A stretch of DNA of 20,000 nucleotides from an uncultured virus (IMG/VR IMGVR_UViG_3300048836_000416) (Duplodnaviria > Heunggongvirae > Uroviricota > Caudoviricetes), in IMG/VR virus record IMGVR_UViG_3300048836_000416; one strand, 5' to 3'. Positions within the stretch are counted from its first letter, which is position 1. Every line of letters begins with the position of its first letter. Below, one piece after another: positions 7,777 through 16,808 of the stretch. The notes beneath the pieces are model-generated. The model was not told the origin of the DNA, ran no database searches, and saw only the letters and a program-made list of their open reading frames with translations. The position numbers were made by a program, and so were the translations under genes.

Positions 7777-8248
7777 CCTCGAACTCTTTCGAGATCATAT
7801 TCTTGAACACCTCGGCTTCGAGTTGGTTCTTGATTACGTGCCGGTGACTGACACCATGGCAGTTGTACCTCACAATATACTTGCCGCCGCCGAAATACAT
7901 TATCCCTTCCGTTCTTGTCTTGCGCTCGGTGTTCATCTTGCGAACGAAATTCTCCTTTGGCGTTATCCAGGATAAGTTCGACAACTCAAGGTTCGTTTCG
8001 GACCCATCAACGGTCGCCGCAATGAGTTGGCCGGCAGGCTTTTGTAAAAACTGTTCGGCAATAATTTTCTTGAGAAGGGATACCCGGCCTTGCTTGGTTG
8101 TGATCTTAACCTGGCTGTATTCGTACTCCATTGAGAGCATTTTCTCCCATCCAAATCCATATTTATGATGGGCATTTAGCCACTTAGATGCAAAATCGTC
8201 TACCGATACCACACAATTTGTGGTGGAAACTGGTATTTTTACGACCAT
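7763..8248 (-). CDS. Degenerate HNH (HNH_3-like) plus AP2-like homing-endonuclease derivative, probably catalytically dead (161 aa)
   Basis: Start MVVKIP at 8248 directly below a minus-strand -7 promoter box. LLKKIIAEQFLQKP...AATVDGSETNLELSNLSWITPKEN follows the HNH_3 pattern (HRLVAEAFIPNP...VDHIDGDKLNNRLSNLRWVTxxEN) but lacks the His residues. The C-terminal EGIMYFGGGKYIVRY...EAEVF resembles AP2. Confidence 0.7.
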   Translation of the reverse strand: MVVKIPVSTTNCVVSVDDFASKWLNAHHKYGFGWEKMLSMEYEYSQVKITTKQGRVSLLKKIIAEQFLQKPAGQLIAATVDGSETNLELSNLSWITPKENFVRKMNTERKTRTEGIMYFGGGKYIVRYNCHGVSHRHVIKNQLEAEVFKNMISKEFEATYT

Positions 8249-8263
8249 GTTAAAACTTTTTTG

Positions 8264-8293
8264 CAAAGTTATTGCCAATTTGGCATAACTTTG
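8264..8293. promoter_or_regulatory. Palindromic back-to-back promoter pair (two TAACTTTG -7 boxes)
   Basis: caaagttattgccaatttggcataactttg is a near-perfect inverted repeat. TAACTTTG lies on + at 8286-8293 (16 nt before the portal ATG) and on - at 8271-8264 (15 nt before the HNH-like ATG). Confidence 0.7.
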
Positions 8294-8309
8294 GGGCGAA
8301 TATTTCCGT

Positions 8310-10640
8310 ATGGCAGTAAAAGATTTTCTCCCACCGCAGAACTCTGCGACGCAGCCCTCGGCTATTGTGCCGGAGGTCATGGATAATGCGTGGTTTTTGC
8401 AGTGGGCAAAGTGGATGTATGGCCGGTGGAGGGGCAATGGGTGTATGGTTAATTACGATGGCCGGCCGCACAACTCGGAAGAAACAATCGAGCAATTAAG
8501 AGCCTACGGAAGAGGTCGCCAGGATGTCCGCAAGTACCGCCAGATACTTGACAAGGAAATCAAACTGGATGACAACCAGTCAGCAATGCTCCTGAATATC
8601 TCCTGGCGCCTTCCGCAAGTGTTTCCTACTTACCGGGAAAGAATCATTGACCGGTTGATGGAGATGCGGTACGAGCCGGCAGTTGTCGCCATCGACGAAC
8701 CATCCATCAAGAAAAAAGACTTGATGTATCTGCGCGACACTATCGCCGCCTCCCCTGGTGGCCGGCAGATGATCCAGAACGCAGGAATTACGCCAACCAA
8801 TATCACCGACAATGCGTTGGTGATGGACGAGATTGAACTCGAACAATACAAGGCCCTCGGCGGCTACCAGTTAGCCGCAGAAATAGCACTGTCGGAAGCC
8901 GTCATGGCGACCGTTGATTTGTGCAAATTATTCCCTTCGGTTTATCGGCAGACGCTTGAGGATTTATTCGACCTAGGCCATGCCCACATGGAGATTCGCC
9001 ATAACCCCGGCGACCGGATGCAAAGTGTAGAATACATCGACCCAGAGTATGCGGTTGTCCCGAATAGCCAGTATGATGACGGCCGGGACATTACTTGGGG
9101 CGGATACCTTCGCCCTACCACAATCCAGGCAGTACGCATGGAGAGTGGGTTTGGTGAAGCGCAAATGGCCCAGATTGCCAAGGCTTATGGCACCAGAATG
9201 GGCAACGAGAAATACGCTGGGATGGGCAATGGGTATGGCGAACGCGCTCAGTTCTCCTCTGGCGGACAGGTATGGGACCCGTTTGAGTGCATGGTATTTA
9301 CTGGGTACTTTGTAGCATCGAAAGTTGAATCCCACATTGTTGGCGTTCACGACTCCGGTTCCCGGGTGATGACGCCAGTAAAGTATGGCACCCAGATTTC
9401 CGAGCAATCAAAGAAGAAGGGCTTTTCTGTAAACAACGCTGCCATCCAGTGTGTATATAAATTCAACTGGGTCATAGGCACCGATATCGTTTACTCCTGC
9501 GGCGAAGATTCGGTTGTTACCCGCGACGGAGTTCCCGGCGCCATGAAAGCGCTTATCCCTATCGTTACATTCAGAACAAGCAAAATGTCTGTCACCGAAT
9601 CCTGCTTGGGAGTTATCGACGACATTGCTATCAATGTATTCAAGAAGCGGCACATTATTTCAAAGATGCCACCGGCGCCAAATATTCAGGTTGACCCGGC
9701 AGCGCTGGAGAATGTGACCCACCTGGGGAACATGCGCTTGATGCCGCAGGACCTTCTTGACATCTATACGGTCAGGGGCATCCTGTTTGCCACCTCTGCC
9801 AAGGACTACGACGACTCCTTCCCGGGGCAAGCGTCACCGCCGAGAGTTATTACAGAACTTCCTAATACGACACTTGACCAACTCCGGACTATTCAGATTG
9901 ATCTGGAGATGTCGATGCAGCAATTGATGGCCATCACTGGCACCAATGAGATTGCTGACGGCTTGGCGAATCCGACCAATGTAGTATCAGGAGTTGCGGA
10001 CATCGCATCGAAAGCGTCGAACCGGGCCCTGTCCTGGCTGTACACCGCGAACGAATCAATTCAGACGAACATATACACATTACTTGCCAAGCGTTACCAG
10101 GCGATAGCAAGCAAAGGCGAAATGAGTATCAAGTGGCTACCTATTGGCCTTGATACTGTTCGCGTGGTTACGCTTAACCCTGAGGTGTCATTATCTGACT
10201 TCATGGTGATGATCAAGCCCGGTATCGATGGCCTTGCCAAGCAGGCGCTTATCAACAGCGTCACGACATATAAGCAAGGTGGCCAGATATCGCCGGCCGA
10301 CGAGATGGCCGTGATCAACATGATCGCCAGGGCCCAATACAAAAAGGCCCAGTTCTACTTGAGTACGGCAGTGGCTCGGAAGATGAAGCAGGACGCGATG
10401 ATAAGCCAGGCGAACTCTCAGGCACAGGCACAGGCCCAAGGACAGGCCGGCGTCGCGGTGGAGCAAGCCAAGCAGCAGGCGGAGGCGATGCGGATCAATG
10501 GTGAGAAAGAATTATTGACCCTCGAATATCAACTCAAGAATAATTTTGCTGACCTCGATGCGGATCGGAAGATTCGGATTGCGGCTGCAACGAAAGCAAC
10601 AGATACCTTAATTCAAAATGCCACGGAAGTGGCTGCTTAA
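8310..10640 (+). CDS. Portal protein (776 aa)
   Basis: Large gene between TerL and scaffold/MCP. LRAYGRGRQDVRKYRQIL, LNISWRLPQVFP, VEYIDPEYAVVP and ITGTNEIADG resemble portals of crAss-like/Bacteroidota phages. Gln/Ala-rich C-terminal coiled coil (barrel). Confidence 0.85.
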   Translation: MAVKDFLPPQNSATQPSAIVPEVMDNAWFLQWAKWMYGRWRGNGCMVNYDGRPHNSEETIEQLRAYGRGRQDVRKYRQILDKEIKLDDNQSAMLLNISWRLPQVFPTYRERIIDRLMEMRYEPAVVAIDEPSIKKKDLMYLRDTIAASPGGRQMIQNAGITPTNITDNALVMDEIELEQYKALGGYQLAAEIALSEAVMATVDLCKLFPSVYRQTLEDLFDLGHAHMEIRHNPGDRMQSVEYIDPEYAVVPNSQYDDGRDITWGGYLRPTTIQAVRMESGFGEAQMAQIAKAYGTRMGNEKYAGMGNGYGERAQFSSGGQVWDPFECMVFTGYFVASKVESHIVGVHDSGSRVMTPVKYGTQISEQSKKKGFSVNNAAIQCVYKFNWVIGTDIVYSCGEDSVVTRDGVPGAMKALIPIVTFRTSKMSVTESCLGVIDDIAINVFKKRHIISKMPPAPNIQVDPAALENVTHLGNMRLMPQDLLDIYTVRGILFATSAKDYDDSFPGQASPPRVITELPNTTLDQLRTIQIDLEMSMQQLMAITGTNEIADGLANPTNVVSGVADIASKASNRALSWLYTANESIQTNIYTLLAKRYQAIASKGEMSIKWLPIGLDTVRVVTLNPEVSLSDFMVMIKPGIDGLAKQALINSVTTYKQGGQISPADEMAVINMIARAQYKKAQFYLSTAVARKMKQDAMISQANSQAQAQAQGQAGVAVEQAKQQAEAMRINGEKELLTLEYQLKNNFADLDADRKIRIAAATKATDTLIQNATEVAA

Positions 10641-10643
10641 CGT

Positions 10644-11732
10644 ATGGAAGAAAACTTAGATCAAAACTTAGCCGCTGCCCAGGTAGGGCCGGATACTCTA
10701 ATCAATGCAGTTCTTGGCAACAAGGCTCCCGAGTTGGGAAACCAAGCGCCACCTCCTGCGGCGGTAGAAAAATACGGTGATATCCCGGTAACGGATTTTA
10801 TGCCCGCATTCAAGGCGGCAACAGGATTTGAAACTATTGACGAGGTTATAGGACTTCGTGAACAGATTGCACAAGCAGAACAGTGGAAGGCGAAGGCTGC
10901 CGAGTTGGAAGCCAAAGTAACCTCCGCCCCTGGATTTGCAAGTCCGTTCGTGGAAAAACTTAACGCAGTTGTAGCCTCTGGCGCTGATCACGCCAAACTC
11001 AACGCCTGGTGGTCGCTGGCCAACACCGACTTGTCGCAGAAAAGCGACATCGAAGTATTGGTAATGCAAAAACAATTGCAGCACCCGAGCATGTCCCCGG
11101 ATATGCTAAAAGCCTACGTTCTTTCAGAGATGGGTATCGAAGCCGATGGCGAAATAGACCTCGCCTCTTTGCCGGCCCACAAGGTTGCCAAACTTCAAAT
11201 TGACGCTGCTGGAGCCCGCGCCGCACTTGACGCCGAGAAGGCGAAGATTGAAACGGTGAGTGCCCCGCAAGCCCAAGTTGATACCGGAGCCGCTGAAATG
11301 AAGAAAGTAGAGTCGCAGCAATCTGTGAACTTCTGGGGCCAGTTCCTCGGAGCCGTACCTGCGGTGATCCCTTTCAGTATCGAAGATGCGGAAAAGGGTA
11401 TTCCAAAGTACGACTTCTCTTTTAACCCAAAACCAGAGGCCATCGCAGGCGTGAAAAACGAAATCCTCGCGGCCATTGCACAGAATCCAAACTTGTTCCC
11501 TAAAACAGAGGAAGGGGCCCGGCAATTGCAGGACACCTTTAACCAAATGTTGCAGGCAAGGAGTATGGCAGATTTCCAGCGGGCTATGTTCCTGGATGTC
11601 TACAACGCAATGAAGCAGGAGTTTGTCGCCAAAAACGCAGGCCAAATTCCAACTCAAACCACACAACCTCAAAAACCGCAAGAGTCACGAGTCCCGGCAA
11701 TGGCCGATGTCATAGCGGGGCTTAAACGGTAA
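10644..11732 (+). CDS. Putative capsid scaffolding/assembly protein (362 aa)
   Basis: Between portal and MCP. Ala/Gln/Glu-rich and helical with coiled-coil segments and a low-complexity C-terminal tail. Confidence 0.6.
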   Translation: MEENLDQNLAAAQVGPDTLINAVLGNKAPELGNQAPPPAAVEKYGDIPVTDFMPAFKAATGFETIDEVIGLREQIAQAEQWKAKAAELEAKVTSAPGFASPFVEKLNAVVASGADHAKLNAWWSLANTDLSQKSDIEVLVMQKQLQHPSMSPDMLKAYVLSEMGIEADGEIDLASLPAHKVAKLQIDAAGARAALDAEKAKIETVSAPQAQVDTGAAEMKKVESQQSVNFWGQFLGAVPAVIPFSIEDAEKGIPKYDFSFNPKPEAIAGVKNEILAAIAQNPNLFPKTEEGARQLQDTFNQMLQARSMADFQRAMFLDVYNAMKQEFVAKNAGQIPTQTTQPQKPQESRVPAMADVIAGLKR

Positions 11733-11752
11733 ACCTAAAATCTTTTAAAAAT

Positions 11753-13282
11753 ATGCCTTTCGCAAGTGGAGCACCGCTCCAAACCGTATTACCGGCAGCA
11801 TTGCAAGGCCACCAATTCGGAAGTGTCGGCGGCGGAGTCGCCCATGCCAACGTAGTGGAAAGCCTTTATTCTGCCTACGATCCTTATTCCATCGAACGCC
11901 TGGCGTTCGAGCGCCACGGCCGTCGCCCTGGCTTTGCCAACCTTATGGACGTACTCGGCCCCGATTTCAATCAGGGTAAAAACGCGCCCACGACGGGCCA
12001 TTACGAGCGTAACAACTGGGTAGGACAACTCGTGAATATTGGCTCCATTATCACCGCTTCTGCCGGCGCCGGCAACTCCATGGTAATCGAAGTTGGCACT
12101 GCCAACATGACGACCACTGGCGTTGAAGTATCCGGTTCCGCCCGCAAGGGTAGCAATGGCCGGGTCAATGACCTGATCCTGCTTCCTGGCGGCAAGTTGG
12201 CCCGCATTACCGTCAAAAACGTTTCCACCGATCCGCACCGGTACACCATCGTCCCCCTGGACGCTACGGTTGACCTGGATGACTATGTGACCGCCGCTGA
12301 GTCGTACAGCATCGTGACGAACGCCTGGGCGCCTGGCTCCGGTCTTCCCGAAGGTTTGTTACCTAAAACATTCAGGTATACAAACAAATTCCAGATTGTC
12401 AAAGAGGCTCTGGCCATCACCGGCACTGAACTGACGAACGAAACGTTCGTACAAGTTGCCGGCACCCAAGGCAGCGTGGTTCACATTATGGACCAAGACA
12501 TGATGGACCGCTTCGACAATTCGCGTTCCGGCGCCCTTTTGTGGGGTGAAGAAAACGACAACAACGTGGATACGACGACCATCGTTGGTTACGACGTTGA
12601 CATTTCCTGGACCGAAGGCTTTATGGCTTTCCAGGCTGGAAACTCGTACCAACTGGATTACAACCCGGCCGCGTTCACTGTGGACGAGTTCGACGAAATC
12701 GCCGCTACCCTGGAGCGTGAAAACCTGGGCACTCGCTCGGTTCTCTCCCTGCAAGGCAACCAGTACCAGTATCTCCTGCAAGCAGCCCTCGAAGACAAGT
12801 ATGACCAGTCGTTGTCGTCTACCCTGATCGCTCAGGGCATGACAGACTACAACTTGTCGCTTGACGAGTGGCAGCCCGTCATCACAAACCAGGACTGGAT
12901 CGCTTGGTTGGGCTTCCAGGGCGTTCGCCGGTCGAACTTCCTGTTCCACTTCCGGATGATGCACGAATTTGTCAGACCTGACGGAGGTGGCGCAGATGCG
13001 TACTCCTATCCGTTCGATGCCATCTACCTGCCACTCTCGAAGAGCCGTGACCGTCAAAGCGGTGTGCAGCGCACGAGCATTGGCTATGAGTGGAAACAAC
13101 TTGGCGGTTACAGCCGCAAAGCCGTGTATGGCAAAATGGATGGCGCCGGCGTTGCTGGCAGCGGCGGCTTCTCCGCCATGGCTGTGAACGAATATGATTG
13201 GCAGCGTGGTTATGCCCTCTGTGAAATAGCATTTCATGGGGCATGCCCCAATAAGATTGTCTACCACACGCAAGAGTCGTAG
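11753..13282 (+). CDS. Major capsid protein (509 aa)
   Basis: Position after the scaffold, strongly AT-rich leader (aaacctaaaatcttttaaaaat), marked codon bias and a downstream GC hairpin. Segments YTNKFQIVKEALAITGTE, ALLWGE and WTEGFM resemble crAss-like/Bacteroidota HK97-fold MCPs. Confidence 0.85.
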   Translation: MPFASGAPLQTVLPAALQGHQFGSVGGGVAHANVVESLYSAYDPYSIERLAFERHGRRPGFANLMDVLGPDFNQGKNAPTTGHYERNNWVGQLVNIGSIITASAGAGNSMVIEVGTANMTTTGVEVSGSARKGSNGRVNDLILLPGGKLARITVKNVSTDPHRYTIVPLDATVDLDDYVTAAESYSIVTNAWAPGSGLPEGLLPKTFRYTNKFQIVKEALAITGTELTNETFVQVAGTQGSVVHIMDQDMMDRFDNSRSGALLWGEENDNNVDTTTIVGYDVDISWTEGFMAFQAGNSYQLDYNPAAFTVDEFDEIAATLERENLGTRSVLSLQGNQYQYLLQAALEDKYDQSLSSTLIAQGMTDYNLSLDEWQPVITNQDWIAWLGFQGVRRSNFLFHFRMMHEFVRPDGGGADAYSYPFDAIYLPLSKSRDRQSGVQRTSIGYEWKQLGGYSRKAVYGKMDGAGVAGSGGFSAMAVNEYDWQRGYALCEIAFHGACPNKIVYHTQES

Positions 13283-13297
13283 TCGATCTAAAATATC

Positions 13298-13330
13298 GGC
13301 GGCGCTCCAATCCGGGGCGCCGCCAATTTT
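13298..13330 (+). terminator. GC-rich hairpin after MCP (leaky terminator or mRNA stabiliser)
   Basis: GGCGGCGCTCC-aatcc-GGGGCGCCGCC (11-bp stem including one G-U), followed only by AATTTT. Confidence 0.7.
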
Positions 13331-13354
13331 CAAAACATATTAAACAAATAGCGT

Positions 13355-14644
13355 ATGCCTCTTATTATTAACGGAACGGTCGGTGGTCGTTTTTACAACG
13401 ACGAACAGATCAAGGCGTCAGTCTTAATCGACGCATTCAAGGTGCCGGCCATGAACGGTAAGCCGCGTACCTTCAAACTTATTGAAGGCACCCGGGTATT
13501 CCGCAAGGACCGGTCCAACCCAGGCGAAGTCTTGGTGACTCCAGGCAAGATGATCAACCCGGAGTTCACGGTTACGACCTCGGAGGGAACGATCAGCCTG
13601 CGGTACTACACGAACCGCACCCCGATCCCTGGAGGTGGCGGCACATACCGGTACATGCCCAAAAAGATGACCTTCATAAAAGGGGAGACGATGTTCTACT
13701 TTGGCCCTGAGCGGGTCGAAGAGTATGTATGGGCATATTTGCACCCACAAAACGCAAAGTCGCCTTTCAAGAAGGCGAACAAGCCGCCCGTATATTCCTA
13801 CTTCGACGCCGAAGAGTCGGCCATGGCACAGATGGATTTCCTTGGAAAGAAAGTGGATTTGATGCAGATCATTGCCACTATGAAGGAAAACGAACTCCGT
13901 ATGCGGGCAGCCGGCTTGACATATATTTTCAATACCCGTCGCATCTCTTTCAGCAACGCGGCCAACCCGAATATATCGGTAGCCATTATCCGCAATAACC
14001 TGATCACGGCGCTCACGCAGCACGAACAGAAGTTCATTGATGCCTGGGGCTCCGCAGATACGAGTGTTGTCGGTATTGCAAAAATGGCTGAGGCGCTGAA
14101 TATCGTTGAACAGAAGCCAATCAGCGGCGGCATCGAATGGCGTTTCCACCAGAACTACGGCGGCGCCAGGATTTGCACGGCTACGAAAGACCAGGACTCC
14201 TTGAGTGTTTTGGTTGGTGAGATCACCGGCCAGTACCAATTCTACGTCCCGAAGTTGAAAAACCTGATCGACGTGGTTGGTGGCGACACTCCGGAAGTTG
14301 AAGATAAAGCCGCAGTTGCCCCGGTGAAAGAAAAAGTGGTGGAAAAGGTCGTGGAGAAAATAGTTTACCGCGATGCTCAGCCTACCGGCCCGCTCGGAAA
14401 GAACGAAATCGATGCGCTGCCGAACCTTGAGTTTGTGGAGTACGCAGAAAAGAGAGAGATCATTGCTTTGGAGCGGACCCAAAGCAAGGTCTTCAAACTG
14501 AACAAAAAAGGCGATATCGAGCGACCCCTCTGCAAAATCGAAGACAAGCAGAGATGGAAAGAAGAGTTTGCCCAATATCTAAACGAAGAGCAAGGCAAGA
14601 CGGATCGGATTGATCTTACTGCCACGCTCATTAAATTGAAATAA
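13355..14644 (+). CDS. Putative virion-associated protein downstream of MCP (429 aa)
   Basis: Long ORF with an AT-rich leader in the structural operon. YLHPQN segment and a short internal EKVVEKVVEKIV repeat. Function is positional only. Confidence 0.7.
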   Translation: MPLIINGTVGGRFYNDEQIKASVLIDAFKVPAMNGKPRTFKLIEGTRVFRKDRSNPGEVLVTPGKMINPEFTVTTSEGTISLRYYTNRTPIPGGGGTYRYMPKKMTFIKGETMFYFGPERVEEYVWAYLHPQNAKSPFKKANKPPVYSYFDAEESAMAQMDFLGKKVDLMQIIATMKENELRMRAAGLTYIFNTRRISFSNAANPNISVAIIRNNLITALTQHEQKFIDAWGSADTSVVGIAKMAEALNIVEQKPISGGIEWRFHQNYGGARICTATKDQDSLSVLVGEITGQYQFYVPKLKNLIDVVGGDTPEVEDKAAVAPVKEKVVEKVVEKIVYRDAQPTGPLGKNEIDALPNLEFVEYAEKREIIALERTQSKVFKLNKKGDIERPLCKIEDKQRWKEEFAQYLNEEQGKTDRIDLTATLIKLK

Positions 14645-14648
14645 AGAA

Positions 14649-15620
14649 ATGGCAAGGGAAGTCACATTCCAATTTCAGACCACCAAGGGCAATGCAAATG
14701 ATGGCAACATCGTGGTGTCGCTGTTAAATTCCGACGCCTTGGCCGGAACGCCTTATGACTTTTACATTGGTATCACATCGCCGAGTGGGGAAGTAATCAA
14801 GGCAATTGATTCCGGAACTCCTGACGCCACGCTTGACGGCGGAGCAGATGCGACTGACACGTTCAATGTTGCAATCCCATTGGATTCAGATGGTGCGTAT
14901 CTTGGCGGAACGTATGTGTTTACGGTTCGCCGCGACGATGGCGCCTCTGATGACACGACCGTTGAAAAGGAATATCTGTATGTGGTTCACAACGCTGTTG
15001 ATCACTTCACAGGAACACCTTCCCTTGCCGTTACTTTCAATTGTAACACAGGAGTAATCCTGGCCACAGACACTACTGATTATGACGCGGCCGGAATTAC
15101 AATGGACGAGCGCGAGATTGAAATCACTCCACCCTCTATTGATCCGCAAGGGGCAGACGACACTACTGCTGCCTCGCTATCGCTGACGGTGGCGTACACG
15201 TATGTAACCTATGGGGTGCGAATGCTCTCTGAGTTCTCTACCGAGATAGGCCCGCTTGGCAACGACATAAGCGCCTACCTGGCCGGAAGTGTGGAGTTGT
15301 ATGACGAGGTGGAGATTACTTGCGAAACGGGCGGAATATGTGGAAGCCTTGGCTGCCTGAGCGATGAACTTACGAAGGTTTATAATCAAGCATGTGCCGC
15401 TGGCGGATACCCCAACCTCCCAAGCGTGACCAAGGACCGAATAGTTTGGTCAATGATGAACCTCACAATGGCAAAAATGCAATTCGATTGCGGAAATACC
15501 ACGTTATCGCAAACATACTTGACCCGGGCGAAAGAAGCAATTAACTGTGGCTGCGGATGCGCGGATGAATCTGATCCGACACCGGCACCTTACACACCTC
15601 CATACATCGTAAATGATTAG
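14649..15620 (+). CDS. Acidic structural protein with beta-rich N-part and Cys-rich C-terminal domain (323 aa)
   Basis: D/T-rich beta patterns, then CETGGICGSLGCL...C...C...CGCGC. Coupled to its neighbours. Confidence 0.7.
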   Translation: MAREVTFQFQTTKGNANDGNIVVSLLNSDALAGTPYDFYIGITSPSGEVIKAIDSGTPDATLDGGADATDTFNVAIPLDSDGAYLGGTYVFTVRRDDGASDDTTVEKEYLYVVHNAVDHFTGTPSLAVTFNCNTGVILATDTTDYDAAGITMDEREIEITPPSIDPQGADDTTAASLSLTVAYTYVTYGVRMLSEFSTEIGPLGNDISAYLAGSVELYDEVEITCETGGICGSLGCLSDELTKVYNQACAAGGYPNLPSVTKDRIVWSMMNLTMAKMQFDCGNTTLSQTYLTRAKEAINCGCGCADESDPTPAPYTPPYIVND

Positions 15621-16302
15621 CACCAACGAAGTATATCTTGATTGCCGGAAACTCCTTGGAAAGGACAAGGCCGGCTACTTCTCCAGCGACGAGTTCAACC
15701 GGTTCTCAAAATCGGCTGAGCAAATGCTATGGCGCTTCTACGTCAAGCACTTTGAGGAGCATGGCGCCATCGCCGATGCGATGCGCGTATTCAATGATAT
15801 CGCTGTGCTGTCACTTGATTCAAACAAACGGTTTACACTGCCAAGCGATTTTGGCCGGCGCAACATACTCTGGTGGAAGAAGATGAAAACCGTACAAGGT
15901 GCAGAGCCTACGGTGACACGAACCAAGATTGCATACCTCGAAAAAGAAGAGTTACAGGATACGCTTGACTCCGCCGTTCGCGGGCCCAACCTTACCAAAA
16001 ACCGGCTGTATTATTCATTCGTCGGTGGCAAGGCTCAAGTTTGGCCCGAAATTGGTGGACCGGTAGAGATGGATTATATCCGGAACCCGACGTATGGGGT
16101 TCGTGGTTATACCGTCAACGTAACGACACTCGAAGAAGACCTTGACTCCGGCGCCACAACCGATTACGAATGGCCGGAGAATGAACGACCAAACCTTATT
16201 GACCTTATCCTGCTCCAATATGGGCAGGTTTTACGCGAAACAAATGTCATTCAATTCGCTTTAGCCCAACAAGGCGAGGCGAAAAACCACAAAATGTTAT
16301 GA
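15613..16302 (+). CDS. Putative head-tail adaptor/tail ring protein 1 (229 aa)
   Basis: The N-terminus VYLDCRKLLGKDKAGYFSSDEFNRF...AEQML, LPSDF, AQVWP...MDYIRNP and YEWPE...LIDLIL match the pattern of tail tubular/ring proteins in Bacteroidota podoviruses. Confidence 0.65.
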   Translation: MISTNEVYLDCRKLLGKDKAGYFSSDEFNRFSKSAEQMLWRFYVKHFEEHGAIADAMRVFNDIAVLSLDSNKRFTLPSDFGRRNILWWKKMKTVQGAEPTVTRTKIAYLEKEELQDTLDSAVRGPNLTKNRLYYSFVGGKAQVWPEIGGPVEMDYIRNPTYGVRGYTVNVTTLEEDLDSGATTDYEWPENERPNLIDLILLQYGQVLRETNVIQFALAQQGEAKNHKML

Positions 16303-16808
16303 TTAATATTCCTTCTTTAGTCGCCGGCCTTGTTGCCCGCTTTCTGGACGCCCTGAAATTAAAATCGCAACGCACCTGGGCTATCGTTGGCGCCCTGGTT
16401 GTGACGATTGAAACGGTGTTGCTGTCTCGGGTCCTGCCCTTCGCGGACCAAATTCCGGTCATTGTAGTCGAAACGGTTGTGGCCATTGCGGCCATCTTCC
16501 TGAACTCGTCTTCTTTCACCCTGGCTACCTCGCAGGTGCCTACGAGCGGAGAGACGGTTGGCGACTTCATTAACCGGCAACTGGCCATCGCTATCGAAAA
16601 ATTCAAGGCTGGCTCATTGACTGCATTCACTGCCATCCAGGCGCTATTCGTAGGCTTCAAGTTCTACATCATATCCGATCCGACCCTGACTTGGCCGGAT
16701 AGTGTGATTAATGTAGCACTCTCGATTGCAATGCTGTTCCTTACTCCTAAGACCAAGCCGGTATTAGCAAAACTCGGCTTCATTAAAGCACAAGAACCTA
16801 TTGTATAA
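16299..16808 (+). CDS. Membrane protein with about four TM segments made of two similar halves (holin-like candidate, 169 aa)
   Basis: Half 1: LDALKLKSQRTWAIVGALVV...VVETVVAIAAIFLNSSS. Half 2: IEKFKAGSLTAFTAIQALFV...VINVALSIAMLFLTPKT. Confidence 0.6.
   Translation: MINIPSLVAGLVARFLDALKLKSQRTWAIVGALVVTIETVLLSRVLPFADQIPVIVVETVVAIAAIFLNSSSFTLATSQVPTSGETVGDFINRQLAIAIEKFKAGSLTAFTAIQALFVGFKFYIISDPTLTWPDSVINVALSIAMLFLTPKTKPVLAKLGFIKAQEPIV

Noticed and set aside
8249..8437. N-terminal extension of the HNH-like ORF given in the ORF track (start 8437)
   Set aside because: It overlaps the portal start and the promoter palindrome. The ATG at 8248 fits the -7 box better.
10541..10548. TAATTTTG inside the portal 3' end as an internal promoter for scaffold/MCP
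   Set aside because: It matches the -7 consensus, but the nearest TTG is 23 nt upstream and the site is within coding sequence. It could be chance and cannot be supported without TSS data.
12359..13333. 324-aa minus-strand ORF
   Set aside because: Antisense shadow of the strongly codon-biased MCP gene.
13424..14575. 383-aa minus-strand ORF
   Set aside because: Shadow ORF antisense to the 429-aa structural gene. It has no recognisable motifs and its composition is typical of reverse-read biased codons.
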